DNA from: Bispira polyomma | Lineage: Eukaryota | NCBI GenBank assembly: GCA_965649765.1 | Contig: OZ287754.1 | Span: forward strand, 1,550,001 to 1,614,000 | Reading direction: 5' to 3' | DNA: 64,000 nt | Shown here: one piece after another, positions 24,996-37,779 of the stretch | How the letters are laid out: the number at the start of each line of letters is the position of its first letter | Numbering within the stretch: the stretch's first letter is position 1 | Program-made: the position numbers and the translations under genes | The notes under the pieces: generated by a model | What the model saw: only the letters and a program-made list of their open reading frames with translations | Told to the model about the DNA's origin: nothing | The model's database searches: none

Positions 24996-26144
24996 TATGA
25001 ATGTATACATATCAATATACTATGTGCTAAAGTATGTTTTGTATTTTGAGGTGATATCACTTGAAGAGGATGTATGACATATGATGAAGTATAACACCTG
25101 GGGCTTATAGCACGGATCGTCCTGAGAGGCAAGGTTTGGTTGCTGTTGGACATGGCCTTGGCCTGTCCGATCACATTACTCATGGAAAGTTATATGCGTG
25201 TTTAAGCAGCTGCTTGCTTCTTCATGTTGTGCCAGGAGATTGTGCTGGATATATTCAGGGCTGGACGAGTTTCTGGTTGAACATACATGGTTATGGCTTG
25301 TTGTGGGATCGACTGGAACTTATTATCGTGAACAAGTGCCATAGACTGTTATCACATTCATAGTCTGGGTGTAGCATAGCTATACTCAGCAACATGAGTG
25401 AGAAATGATAACAAGGGAAGAACGGGACTGGGAACTAATTGTACATAGTTTAACAAGACTAATTTTAGACTAAAATGCTAGTTGAATGTTTTAACCTGTG
25501 TTAGGGTCAAATAAATTGCCCCAAAGTGTTATACATTGTTGTCTCAGTTGTTGTGAATATAGAAATACATCTAGCATACAAAGGGTCATGGTCATGCCAA
25601 AATCTTAGGTCGTTTGTAACCACGGGCTTTGAGCTTTGGACATCCTGATAACTGAATTTTGACTTGTAGACTGAGTAAATATTCAGCACCTAAAAAGCAG
25701 TAGATTACACGCTTAAACAAATCAAAGAGAAAAAGATCACAGGTTTTTCCCTGTTGAGTTTAGATCACTAAAAACACTTTCTGGGTTTAGGAGGAAACTT
25801 AACATCTATCTCCTCAATCTCTCTTACCCCTTAGTTACTTTTCTGTGGAGCACCACATTCTCTCTTGCAACCTTGCCTATACTTTTTGGACTTCTCGATT
25901 GGTTAATTAATAAATATTAAAAACCCCAATAAATTAAAATTCTAGATCGACAGCACCAACAACCTATGGCACCTAAATAGATACTTTTTTAGTTTTTTTG
26001 ACAATTTTTGTTAATACATACAAATTTCTTTCTGGGATCCACGCATAAAAACCATTCAAAGTGTGATGCTGTATTACAATTCATTAGCTATCATAAATAA
26101 TTATAAGCTGCACAAACACATAAAAAGTGAAATTCAAGTTGGAA

Positions 26145-26390
26145 GTGACTGCTAAAAAATCACTGGCTTCTCACCAATGTGGTTTAAAATCCTGTTCCTT
26201 GAATGTGGCTATCGCGAAATATGAGCTAAGCTGTAATAATCCATCAAAATATACTGATTCTGTTTGTACCTTCACGTGGGAAAGTATAACCTGTAGGTCA
26301 GTTGTATAAAATTATTCTACTGTAGTTTAATCCACTATTGAATCTTGCCATAATGATATGACCTAAGCTGTTGAAAGTGATGCAAACCCA
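26145..26390 (+). mobile_element. SINE copy
   Basis: aatcactggcttctcaccaatgtggtttaaaatcc ... gatatgacctaagctgttgaaagtg. Confidence 0.65.
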
Positions 26391-26656
26391 AACTACACAT
26401 TTCTGCCATTTTATTCAGTATTACAGTGATATCTGTACGCTCATTAATAAAACAACCATCTTTCATCCATTACATTTATGTCATGTAATATGGCTATAGA
26501 TCATCTGTTAGACAAGGACAGATGAGGAAGCTAATGACAACCAAACTGTCATTGCTGAAAGGTTACCAGAAACTGGGATCAGTGGCAAAACACTAAATGA
26601 CACATGGGTTCACCAAAAATAAAAGCAAATATTAAATAGTGATTCTGTGGACATTA

Positions 26657-26890
26657 GGGGGCTGTGGTGACCTACTGGTTTTAAGCATCTACTATAATAT
26701 CACTAGAGTCTCATCTGTGAGGACAGTGAATTTGAATCCCCACTGCTTCTTTCATGTGGAGAAAGTTAGCCCGGTGTACTTACTGTAGGTCAGTGGTTCA
26801 CACTGTACAACCACTATTGGGTTAATCCACCAATACATACATATGGCTGTCATGGTATGACCTCAATTATCCTGAAGGTGACGTCAAACT
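26657..26890 (+). mobile_element. SINE copy
   Basis: gggggctgtggtgacctactggtt head, tttgaatccc B-box-like, tccacc...tatgacct core. Confidence 0.7.
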
Positions 26891-27259
26891 GAATCTACAA
26901 GACTCCAAATGCCAATCCAAATCTAAATATGGCAGTAAAAGACCATGGTACATTGTAGTTTTACTTTTATGACATAGCCACGCAGAACGATTGCCTCTTC
27001 ATGTAGTTTGAAATTAGGAATTATTACTAAATTTTAAGTAAATGTTTGCCTTCAACTTGCCACCAATATTTATCCCTAATATGATTAATGATGTACATAT
27101 AAGACACAGACTTTTTGGAGCTTGTTCGAGAGGCCAACAATACAGTGAGCAAGTAATAACATTTGGTTTGACCACAATTCCACTTAGTGGGAGTCTATTG
27201 TTGTATTATTTCAACAGAGAATTTAAGAAAAATCAGAAAACGTTGATTTTTCAATTTAG

Positions 27260-27440
27260 TTGGGATTAACGTTGTTTTCCACAGCTTAGGTCATATCACA
27301 ATGGCCAGATTTAATGGTGGAAGAAACCAGTGCTAAAGCACTGTAAACCAGCAGCTTATAGCAAGTATCTGACTAATATGTTCATCATTGGTGAGAGTCC
27401 AGTGATCATAAAGCAGCCACTTCTCACCAATAGGCCACCT
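27260..27440 (-). mobile_element. SINE copy
   Basis: cagcttaggtcatatcacaatggccagatttaatggtggaa. Confidence 0.7.
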
Positions 27441-28019
27441 GACCCATGACTTTAAGTTCTGACACATATTCTCAATATTTTCCTGTGTTTTTGTTTGTTT
27501 TTCAGAAATGTACCATATAAAAGATAATGACACACATCCCAAATACAGAGAGTTCTGTTGCTTCAACTATGTGACCTATTAGATCATGGCAAACACTAGT
27601 CATTCACGAAATTACACCCCTTCCTCCTCTAAACCTGCTGGCCCAACCACTGAAGATGCATTGTCTTGTTGACGTCCTATACAGAGCTTTGTTCTAGATA
27701 GCCCATCAGTTTATTTTCTGAGCTGTTCAGAAAGATTTGGCCCATAGTAAGACACTATTACTCATACTACTTTGTCCTCAAATATTTAGTCAAACCAAAG
27801 AGCTGTAAAAGTGCTGACAGACTGTTGCTCACAGGATGTTCAAATGTAGTTGTGGCAGGTCGCAGTTACAATGTTGGCTACCTTTGCTGTATAATAACTT
27901 TGTCTGTGTTTCTTAGGGTGTTGGATTTTGATGGTGGTTTTTAATATCCTAATATGTGAGAAAGTTTAATGACCTGTGGCTTTTATAGATAAAACCTTGG
28001 ATGTTTTCCCCCAAAGAAC

Positions 28020-28230
28020 CAGCAGTAGAGAAAGTGCTTGATCCAGCCTTTTTGGTGGGTCTTACAGAGGAAAGAGAAAGCCTCTCTCCCCTCTTGACAT
28101 TGCTGAAGGAAAGGTGAGCAGCAAGGTATGATGGCTCTTGAAAAACAATGGCTTTAAAAGTTGCGAACAAATCCGACAATGAATAGAAAGCCAATATAAT
28201 TTTTTGAGGTATGGAGAGACAGCCGGATAC
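28020..28230 (-). mobile_element. L2/CR1 LINE 3' fragment
   Basis: SPYLKKLYWLSIHCRI, QEPSYLA; shares ttgatccagc...tcttacagagga with 8428-8630. Confidence 0.7.
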
Positions 28231-28799
28231 CCAGATGAAAAAAGAATCGACAACTAATATAAGATTTAGGGTGCATCTAAAACATTACAGTTAAACATAA
28301 ATGTCTATTGGGCTACAACCAATGTTGAGATACCTTCTGTTGGGCGCATTCGAATCAAGTGAGTAGACCAATAGAGACAAAAGGTTATTGATCCAAGAGT
28401 TCTTGTTGTAACTGTCAGGTGTGTGTCATGGAGGCAAACTCGAGTTCATACAGCAATGTTAAGGGCTGGCCCAGTGGTTAGAAGCACTTTCCTTGAAAAC
28501 TTGCACTGGAATATTATTTGATCTTTAGAACTGTGACTTTCTAAACCTAGCATTGCTTTATTTATGTGCTTTTATTTTGAATAGCGAAGTACATTGTGTT
28601 TCTTAATGAAATCAACTCCAAGCTAATATAGCAGCATTTAGAAAGGTCCAGACTGGCTTATCAGAAACTGACAAGATGGATGGGTCTGTTTGCTTTTGGG
28701 ACACTGAATCTACACTTAAAGTCATGCAAGGAAAGCACCTATTTGTTACTGTCTTAGTGGTAAAATTTGATGTTAACAAAAAACATTATTTTATTCACC

Positions 28800-31700
28800 A
28801 TAAGGTGGCTGTAGAGGCCCAATGGCTAAAAGTGCCACCAGTTCCTCGGTGTGTGGTCAGATCAGATAAATTGAACTAACAATACCTTTGAAGGCAATAG
28901 AAAAGAATGCAGTTAAATATTTTATTATGTAATATCTAAGACTAGCTATGTTTGTATACAGTCAAATAACAATGTGTAATTTAGGGTCATACGGTCACCT
29001 TAACTTAAGTGAGTTTACGAGTGTAAGTTTGAAATTTAAAATATAAATTAGAGTTTTAGATTAGAGTACCGATGTCCAGGTACCCTGCTTTTGAATATCT
29101 TGAATTTTTAAATTATTAGTCAATCACATAAAGGTAAAGAAGCTAATCAGATACACAGCTTTGAATATTGGCCCCATGTATGTGCTGTCACATTTTTGAA
29201 TGAGGGCATTAAGCAATGTATGAAAAACTGACTTCAGCTTGGTTTGCAACGCTATATGCATCAATAATGCTTTAATATAATAACTAATTCTCTGATCTGA
29301 GAAAGCTTGCACATTAATGTTCAGTAAAATACATTTTGCTTTAATAGCAGATATTTGATTTGCCTGTTGAGAGGCCGCATTGAAACTCAAAAGTTCTAAG
29401 CAAGCTAGTAATTACAAGACATTCAACTTGTGGGGGAGCCTGCCTAAAAAATTCTATCATAAGCCTTGTTTGTGGCAGCTAGTGAATGCAATTTAAAGCC
29501 TCTCAGTATTATTCCATCTGGACAGCAGATCAGATATCTTATTTTAAATACCTATAATATGTTTTACTACAACTTGTATATCAAATTTACTTGCTAACAT
29601 ATAAATGTTTCTAGTATAAGTAGCCAAGGTGGGGTCTCTGGTACGACTTGCCTGCTGAACACTGACCACAGCCTGGTTATCACACTAAACTAAAATACGC
29701 TGACCCTTCCATTTCTCAGCCCACAGTTTGAGAGCTACAAGAATGTTTACCATTTCTAAGTAAGCAATATTCATTTGTGTCATATTCCAAGGGATTTTTT
29801 GTGTCATATTCCAAGGGATACGCATACAATATCGTCAATATAATTGTGGATATTATGTCCTTTTGACTTTATTAAAAATGCACCGAATCTAAAATTCTCT
29901 GAAATATAGTTGAGCCATTCTGATAACCAAACAGCAACGATTTATCTTCAGAGTAAGATTTCCAATTTGGGTCTAGAAGGTCAATGTCACCAGGGTCGAT
30001 AGGTACGGTGTACAGAACTTTGCCCACAGGACCTTTGCCCACAAGGAACTTTGCCCACAATAATAATAAAATATTAAATAATAGCCATAAAAATAAGTTT
30101 TTATTATTTTATTGAATTTATTAAATAAAATGTGAACAGTATATAATATCTACATTATCAAAACAGTCGACAGCACTTTGTACAGACTTCAGAATCAGTC
30201 ATTACCATTATAACATCATTGTTTTTAGTTTAGTCTGATTGTGGTATCAACAAACTTCAGAAATTCTTCTTGTGTTTTCTAGCAAGGTGACGTAGTGTAA
30301 CTGGTGTAGCAAAAACCATCATCCTGTTATTTGCTTATTTTCCACTATCATGAATCAGAAATTCTTCCCCCTAAATTAAGTCCACTTTTCTTAAAGCTCA
30401 AGCTCATGGAGGGATGATGGATCCTCAGAAAGTGCACCTCTCTTCTGTTCGTGGATTACTTGTTTTAGGGACCTACCTCAACTACCTTGAATATATGACA
30501 ACCCTTTCCTAATTTTAAAACTTCACCAGTAAGACTGTCAATACATGGATAGCACAGTAAAAAATCTGTACTTGCTGAAAATTTACTGAAGCACCTTGGA
30601 GCCAATTTAGGTCCACAATCACAGATCTATGAACCAAATTTGGCTTGTGTTTGGTCATGAACGGAGAGGAGAGCAATACCAGTTTTGAATTGCAGGTGTG
30701 TTGCCACGGCCCAGCATCGCACCAAGTCGCATTCTTTCTTCGTGAAAGTGTTGACCTGTTCACAAAATTCATTTCCAAATTGATTATTTTCATCTGACAG
30801 TGTGAATTATACGACATACGTCCAGAGAAAATCCATATTTAATGAGGAGAGGCAATTGCCAATCCCAATATGACTTTTAAGTATTTCCCCCAATTATCTG
30901 GTTTGAGTTGAAAATACACATCAATTTGGTAACTGCTGTGGTTAAATCTACCATCCGCACACAGTATTTTGGGCATTTCTAATATGGCAAGTTTGTTTTG
31001 CCCCATACCTTTGTCTAGAATTTTGTTGCCTAAGCTGGATAGAGGTGTTAACCCATACGCAAAGTCGCTTTGTTCTTGCCATTATTTGTAACTGTCATTA
31101 GAAGCCACCTTTTGTAATAGCTCGCATTTATTCCACTTTTGTTTCAAAGCAAACAAGTATGTATCCAAGGTCTCAGCATAGTGATTGACACATTTAGTAC
31201 TAGTATTAGCCTGTCGAATGTTCCCTTTTGTTACACTATTGTTTACCTCAGCTGAGTAAGAACAAACGACCCTTTCAATTAATCCATTGTCCACGTTAGG
31301 CATTTGTGCTAACACAGAGAACGTATTGATCAACACTTTAAGGTTATTGTTACTTTAAGGTATTGTGGTGCTTCAGTAAATTTTCAGTAAGTACAGATTT
31401 TTTACTGTGCTATCCATGTATTGATAGTCTTACTGGTGAAGTTTTAAAATGAGGAAAGGGTTGTCATATATTCAAGGTAGACGTAAGCAGGGCGTTGAGG
31501 TAGGTCCCTAAAACAAGTAATCCACGAACAGAAGAGAGGTGCACTTCCTGAGGATCCATCATCCCTCCATGAAACGACCCTTTCAATTGATCCATTGTCC
31601 TCGTCAGGCATTTGTCCTAACACAGAGAACGTATTGTTCAACACTAAGTTATTGTTACTTTAAGGTATTGTTCGCATCTATTATGTGTTTTTTCACACCT

Positions 31701-32440
31701 TTTGCTTCCAAATTCCCTCCTTTTCGACTTGGGTTTTATTTCACAATAGGTGTCACATATTATGACATTCTTTGACCAGAAGTGACAGTCAACTTGCAAA
31801 CGTTTGAAATAATATTAATTTTGCTTTTCAAATTCGTTTGTATGACATTTTATTTTGGCTTTCTTTTCTATTGTCACCCATTGTCACCCCATTATTTGTA
31901 CATTTATTATTGTGTGCATACATAGAATCTCTACTACTACTTGTGCTTTTTAATACTTCACTATAACTAACATTTGGCTTTCTCGCCTTGAGATATTTAC
32001 ACATTTTTAACCCTACCGATTTGTCAAGCAAGTTGAAATCTTTAAAATCTGTCCTATAAACAGTTCTACCCAATACTTTTCTAGTCTCAGTACTCTTTTT
32101 CACTGCATTTTTGCAGCAGCCCCTCAGTTTTTTGATACTTTTTGGACACAAGTGCTGGTGGTGTGGCTACCCTTACACGTTTCACAGTTATGTTGTACAA
32201 TTGACCCCATATATTATGACTACTAGGGTACTTGCAGGTCCCTTCTTGAAAGAACCTGCAAGTTATGAAAGCCTTTTTGTAACTAAAATGCTGATCCATC
32301 CTCTCCATAACTTAGATGAGCCACTGAAGCTGCTGCAATATAGCTGTGGATACAGCAGCGCTTGGATGAACCAACGGGCCGGCATTGACCTCCTCTACCG
32401 AGACATCAGGTGTATTTATTTCCGTTGTTTGTAACTCGGA
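28800..32440 (-). mobile_element. Tyrosine-recombinase retrotransposon copy B, rearranged and partly deleted
   Basis: YR N-terminus (ISAIKAK...YMGPIFKAVYLISFF), RT pieces (FGYQNGSTIFQRILD; SPFMTKHKP...VIVDLNW), gag-like Cys/His motif (CRFFQEGTCKYPSSH); boundaries approximate. Confidence 0.78.
30404..31671. repeat. Inverted duplication (30404-30595 / 31367-31572) flanked by a direct duplication (31264-31366 / 31572-31671)
   Basis: Arms read directly as reverse complements; the direct repeats start AAACGACCCTTTCAATT. Confidence 0.93.
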
Positions 32441-32624
32441 TACAATGCTGCAAAATGAATAATGCCAAATAAATAACAAACACGAGAATTAATGTGATGA
32501 AAACTGCTTTATTATTCATTGAATTAGACATTCTAACATCAGGTAATAGGTTTTGCAGACGGGGTTTGGTAAGGAGAACAGCTGCACTTAGTTTTAGAAG
32601 GCCAGATAAAAACTCTAAATGAGC

Positions 32625-33050
32625 AATAGCAAAAATAAAAATTCTTGCAAATAAGGTTATTTAATAAAGTTCCATTTTTGTCTTTAAAAATATACAAACA
32701 AATCTGTGAAATTGAAATAGATAAAAACAACTGTAAAACATAAATAAAAGAAAATAAAAACACAACTCTTTGTCATCCAAAGCACACACGTTAAAAAAAA
32801 AGGTGGAAGAATTTGAAATGGGGACGGCTTATATACTCGCCTAGTCATCCCATAAAAGTGATTAACCTGGTACACCAAAACTAAGGCCAAGAACGCTTGG
32901 TGCTTTCGCCCACACTTCCGTATGTAATAAAGTTCAGTGATTTTCAACATTACATCTAATAGGAATAGCAAAAATAAAAATTCTTGCAAATAAGGTTATT
33001 CAATAAAGTTCCATTTTTGTCTTATACAAAAAATATACAAACAAATCTGT
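32625..33050. repeat. About 85-bp direct repeat pair upstream of YR element B
   Basis: aatagcaaaaataaaaattcttgcaaataaggttatt...tatacaaacaaatctgtg at about 32625 and 32963. Confidence 0.9.
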
Positions 33051-33646
33051 GGAATAATTTAACTCCCGCCCCCATAACGCACAACATCAGAATTATTTAA
33101 TCATTGCATATTTTTCCACATATAGCATCTTATGTTGTATTGACAAATGTGCTATTTTCCACGTGTCAAACATCGGACTTTCTGATCACCAACTCCACAG
33201 CAAAAATCACAAAACTAGGACCATTTCATATCATGTAAACCTCTTAAAACATCTATACACATGTTTTCAGCTGTAAGTCACATTCCACATTCTCCCCTTT
33301 TCTAACAGCACAGCAACAATGAATGGATTAAATGTTTAATTATAATACCACTGAAATATGGTAAATATGACATAACATTTATACAGAGATAAACATACAA
33401 TTTTGTTATAAGACAACATTATGTTTACTGACACATTATAATTTACTAGCCTGTAACAGGCACATGAGTATTCATAATATATTCAAATATGGCTAAACCA
33501 AGCTTCATCCTAGGAGAGTCAATAATCTAAATGAGACAATATATTACCAATTTCTTTTTTTTTATAAATCAACAATTTGGCATAAGTCTTAAACCATAAG
33601 TGTTAATATATAACTGATTCTGCTATTGTACTTTAGAAGATGCCTG

Positions 33647-33830
33647 GGGGCCACGGTGGCCTAGTGGTTAGCAAGCATTGCGCTTCATAATTACCGGTCT
33701 GTCACCTCTGGGACTGGCTGGCGTTGGTTTGATTCACTATGTGGGAAAGGTGGTAGTTCCTTACTCTGGGCCGCTGGTTTCAGTGCAGAACCTTGATCAA
33801 CTGTATGCAATGTTTCCTCCAACATTTCCA
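33647..33830 (+). mobile_element. SINE copy
   Basis: GGGGCCACGGTGGCCTAGTGGTTAG A box, ggtttgattc B-box-like, tgtgggaaag. Confidence 0.7.
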
Positions 33831-36800
33831 ACTACCCAATTCACTTATTTCATTTAGAAGATGCCTAGCATCAATAAAGCACGTTAAAAATGCATATTAA
33901 TGAGCTGCAAAGCTGGCCTGGCCAAGGGAAAAGGCATTCATGTAACCAAGCAATAACCTTTGAGTAGAAGTATCTTAAGTCTGTGACCAAGCATGGTAAT
34001 ATCCCATTCAAAGGGTTAAAAGAATGACGGTGGTGGCACCTAATTGCCACCCGCATTTGCAGGACTGATATATTACAAAACATTGAAACTTCCCAGGAAA
34101 GTGAGTCAATTTAGCTATACATTTAACAAATATACCAGCATAATACACCTGAGGCAAAAATAGTGCTTACGAGTAACCTGACCTACTTCTCATCAATCAA
34201 CAGGAGCTCATTTGTATACTTAGTATGTAACACATTTTCTGCACTAAAGTTCCAGACTAAAGGCCCAGTTACACAAACAGGAAAATACGATGGATCAGTC
34301 AGGAATAGCCACAATTTTAGCAAATGATGAGTGACCAATGAGGGGGATGGGGTAAAAATGGTTTTGTGATGTTGATCTTTCAAAAATGCTGCAACAATAC
34401 ATACTGTTTTGTGCAGTTGGAGGCATGGAACTGAGAATACCCTCACAGTACATTTGGGAATACCGTGATTTTTGCCTTGCCCTGGTAAATACAATACCAC
34501 TGATTTGTGAAGCGAGAACCTTAGTGTCTGACATGTAATCTAACCATACATCATCTGCAGACAAGGACAGATGACGGGGAAGCTAATAACAGAACTGGCT
34601 GTCACTAATAACAGGTTGCCAGACACTGTCAGGATTAGCTGGACTAATTGGCTACCAGTACAGGGTTTACTCGGTCACACATTGACAGTAAAATTAGCTG
34701 TACTAGAAGATAGCAGAAGATACTGTAACTTTGCATTTCTGCAACAGACGGAAAAAGATTGGAGAATACGATATTACAACAATAAAGCTATTGTGGTGGA
34801 ACAGAAATACTCAGAAAAACAGGCAGAAAAGGGCAAAAGCTGGAGAAAGAGTTATAGTAGTGAAACAGAATTACACAGAAATACCCAGAAGATGCCTCAC
34901 ATCAATAAGGCGCCTTAAAATGAAAAATACAATAGAAAATATAAATACTTATAATAATAATTTGTTACTTCTGTTCATGCTTAGTAAAGAAAACGAGGAT
35001 GTCCACAATACTAGGCGGGTCATAAAACTGAATGTGATATTTCAGCAATAAAAAAGCAGAACCTATTATCATAGACAAACCCTAGTTGATGTGTATGAAT
35101 AATAAAACATCAAGATATTGATTTGAAAAGTTTGTGTATTTTTTGTTAGCTGTAATGTCATAGTTATTACTGATTGATTTACTGTCACAACAGAATGATT
35201 GATTACAAACTGTTGTTTGAGAAGTAATTTTTTTGTGTATGTAATTAACTTGTTTGTCATAATTCAGGTGGTAAGAACCAATAGTTGAAAAAGGAGTAGT
35301 GTTGAAATGTTCATCATTTATACTGGATAAGTACGCCATAAATCAGCCACTAAAAGGAACATTTGACTTGTATTACACATAACAGCACCAAACCAACCAA
35401 GGTGATAAATACAATGGTATCGTTTGATCTTGGGAAATCTAATTGACATTTGGTATGTACACAAACATCAGTACATTGAACATCCTTGTACATGTAATTT
35501 GTAAGTTATTTAGACGACAAAAAAAGAATATTCCAAATTGGAGGAGATTGAAATATTTGGTCTACAGCATAATATTGAGACATTTAAGTGTACTTTTTGT
35601 AACACCCCTCATACAGGAATAAATATGTTCCATAACATTTGCGATTTGAGTGTCAATAAACTTGTCACAAAATTACACTTAAAGTGTATTCACCACTTAA
35701 AGTATATTTAAACTTTAGCCTCTGAGTAATATTGAGTTTTGTTGCTTTGGTTGGCGAAGAGAGCAGATGCAATTAGTTTTAGAAAGCAAACTAGATATCC
35801 CATAATGTGTATGTTCCAAGAAACTCATGGTCAAATGGAAACGTGTTAGTTTTAATTTAGCTTTCAGCACTGAATTAAAATATATAGTCAAATATTGTTT
35901 ATCCTTATTTCAGCCAGATTTATAGAGATCAGACCATTTGAGTTTAACTGTGTGTGGGTTTGGAGATTTGGAAAATATGGCAACTGTAATCTGTACCAGT
36001 AAAACCATTTCAAATAGACTTCATAATAGTAGTGAAACGTCTCTGCTTACTTTTTGAGGTATGTCCCATCTCTCTACTAAATGTAACATGAATTGTAATA
36101 AGGATTTAATATAATCCCTGTGGAGAACCAGCAAATACTGACAAAAAATATAATAGCCTTTGTGAAGGTAACATTTCTGATGAAATATTAGATAAACATA
36201 CTAATAAAGAATCAAATTGATCTCTGATACATGAAAGTAGCTAGTTATTAACAGCATAGCTAATTAAATGTCATTAAGAATCAATGGGAAAGTTCCCTTT
36301 TATTACACGGCAGGATGCAACTAAGTGCCAAATTGAAGAAGGATGGGTATTCAGGCAAATAGTTACTAATTATAGACCCTCTCCAATAACTAAGCCACAG
36401 TGGGGTGCTAGAAACGTATCTACCCAGTGTGTCAAAGAGGTGATAAATTCCCATCTACAGACGTCTTGTAGTAAGCTCTCACCTCCAGAGAAATCTATTG
36501 CTCCCGCAGAGTAGCCAACACAACAGAATGAACAATAACACAGTGAGGATAAAAAACAGGAAATTCAAAGACATCATTTGGTGCGGCAGATGACTTGATG
36601 CATCTGTTTGAGAATGTCTTCATGTGCAGGATATTTGTGTTACTATACACTGTCATTGGCACTGGGGTTGAAGGATGTGACATCAAACTCTGCCACCATC
36701 CTCGAGCTCCACTGGTCTCGGCAACTAAAGGAAAACAGTACAAAATAACAAGAATATAAGGCTAAGATAAGTGACTGAATATCTAATGAAATCGTTTTTT

Positions 36801-37779
36801 TTTCTATCAAGTGCATAGGGACCTGACGATGCCAATTCTAAATATTGTTGATATACCCCCTGCTACTAGATATACCAACTGTAGGCACTATTTATCTGGA
36901 TTTACTTGTGATTGTACCTGGGTTCTCAGTATTCTCAAAGAGTTATCTGACCTCTAATTCCTTCCCATCATATAGACTATATATCACAATTTGCTGAATA
37001 ATCACTTGACTTACTTCTTTCCAATCAATAAGCAGTATACATCACACATTTGCTAAGAAGTCACCAGACCTACTTCCCTCTAATAAATATACAGTATACA
37101 TCACACATTTCCCAGTTTATCTCATACAAATCCATTAACAAATGCTACAGGAAGTTGTATGATATATCCACTTTTGCTTACATTAATTTGGGATTTTTTT
37201 GTGTTGACACTTGACAAAATGCTGAATGAATTATTTAAATCGGACCAAAACTAGAAAGCTATTCCTTAAAAATATACAGAATTATAGAACACTACTCTAT
37301 CTTATCCAATACATTCGGCTAAGTGAGCGGACCACAAATCATCTGTAGACAATGGTAGATGGTGGAAGCTAATACCAGACTGGCTGTCAGTAATGACAGG
37401 TTCTCAGACACTGTCAGAAATATCTGGAATAATATGCTACCAGTATAGGCTTAGCTGCAATCAAAGTTGGATGTTACAGATAAGCATTGTCAAGGACAAT
37501 GAATTGTAGATTACTGTATGCTGTCATATTACCAATGGGTGCAATTTTAGCTTGTTATTTATCTGATATATCTCACAATTGATGGTTGCAATAAAGTTGA
37601 GATAAAAACATGTTTAGAGTATCAGAACCACTCAACAAATTGAATTGTACAAGTACAAAAACGGTTGACTTACACACAAACAAATGTCTGTGACAGAATA
37701 TAACATTGTCACCTGACCTGTTCCATGATAAAACTAGACCTAGCTAATTGGAGAACCGGTGCATATTTGTATCTACCAG

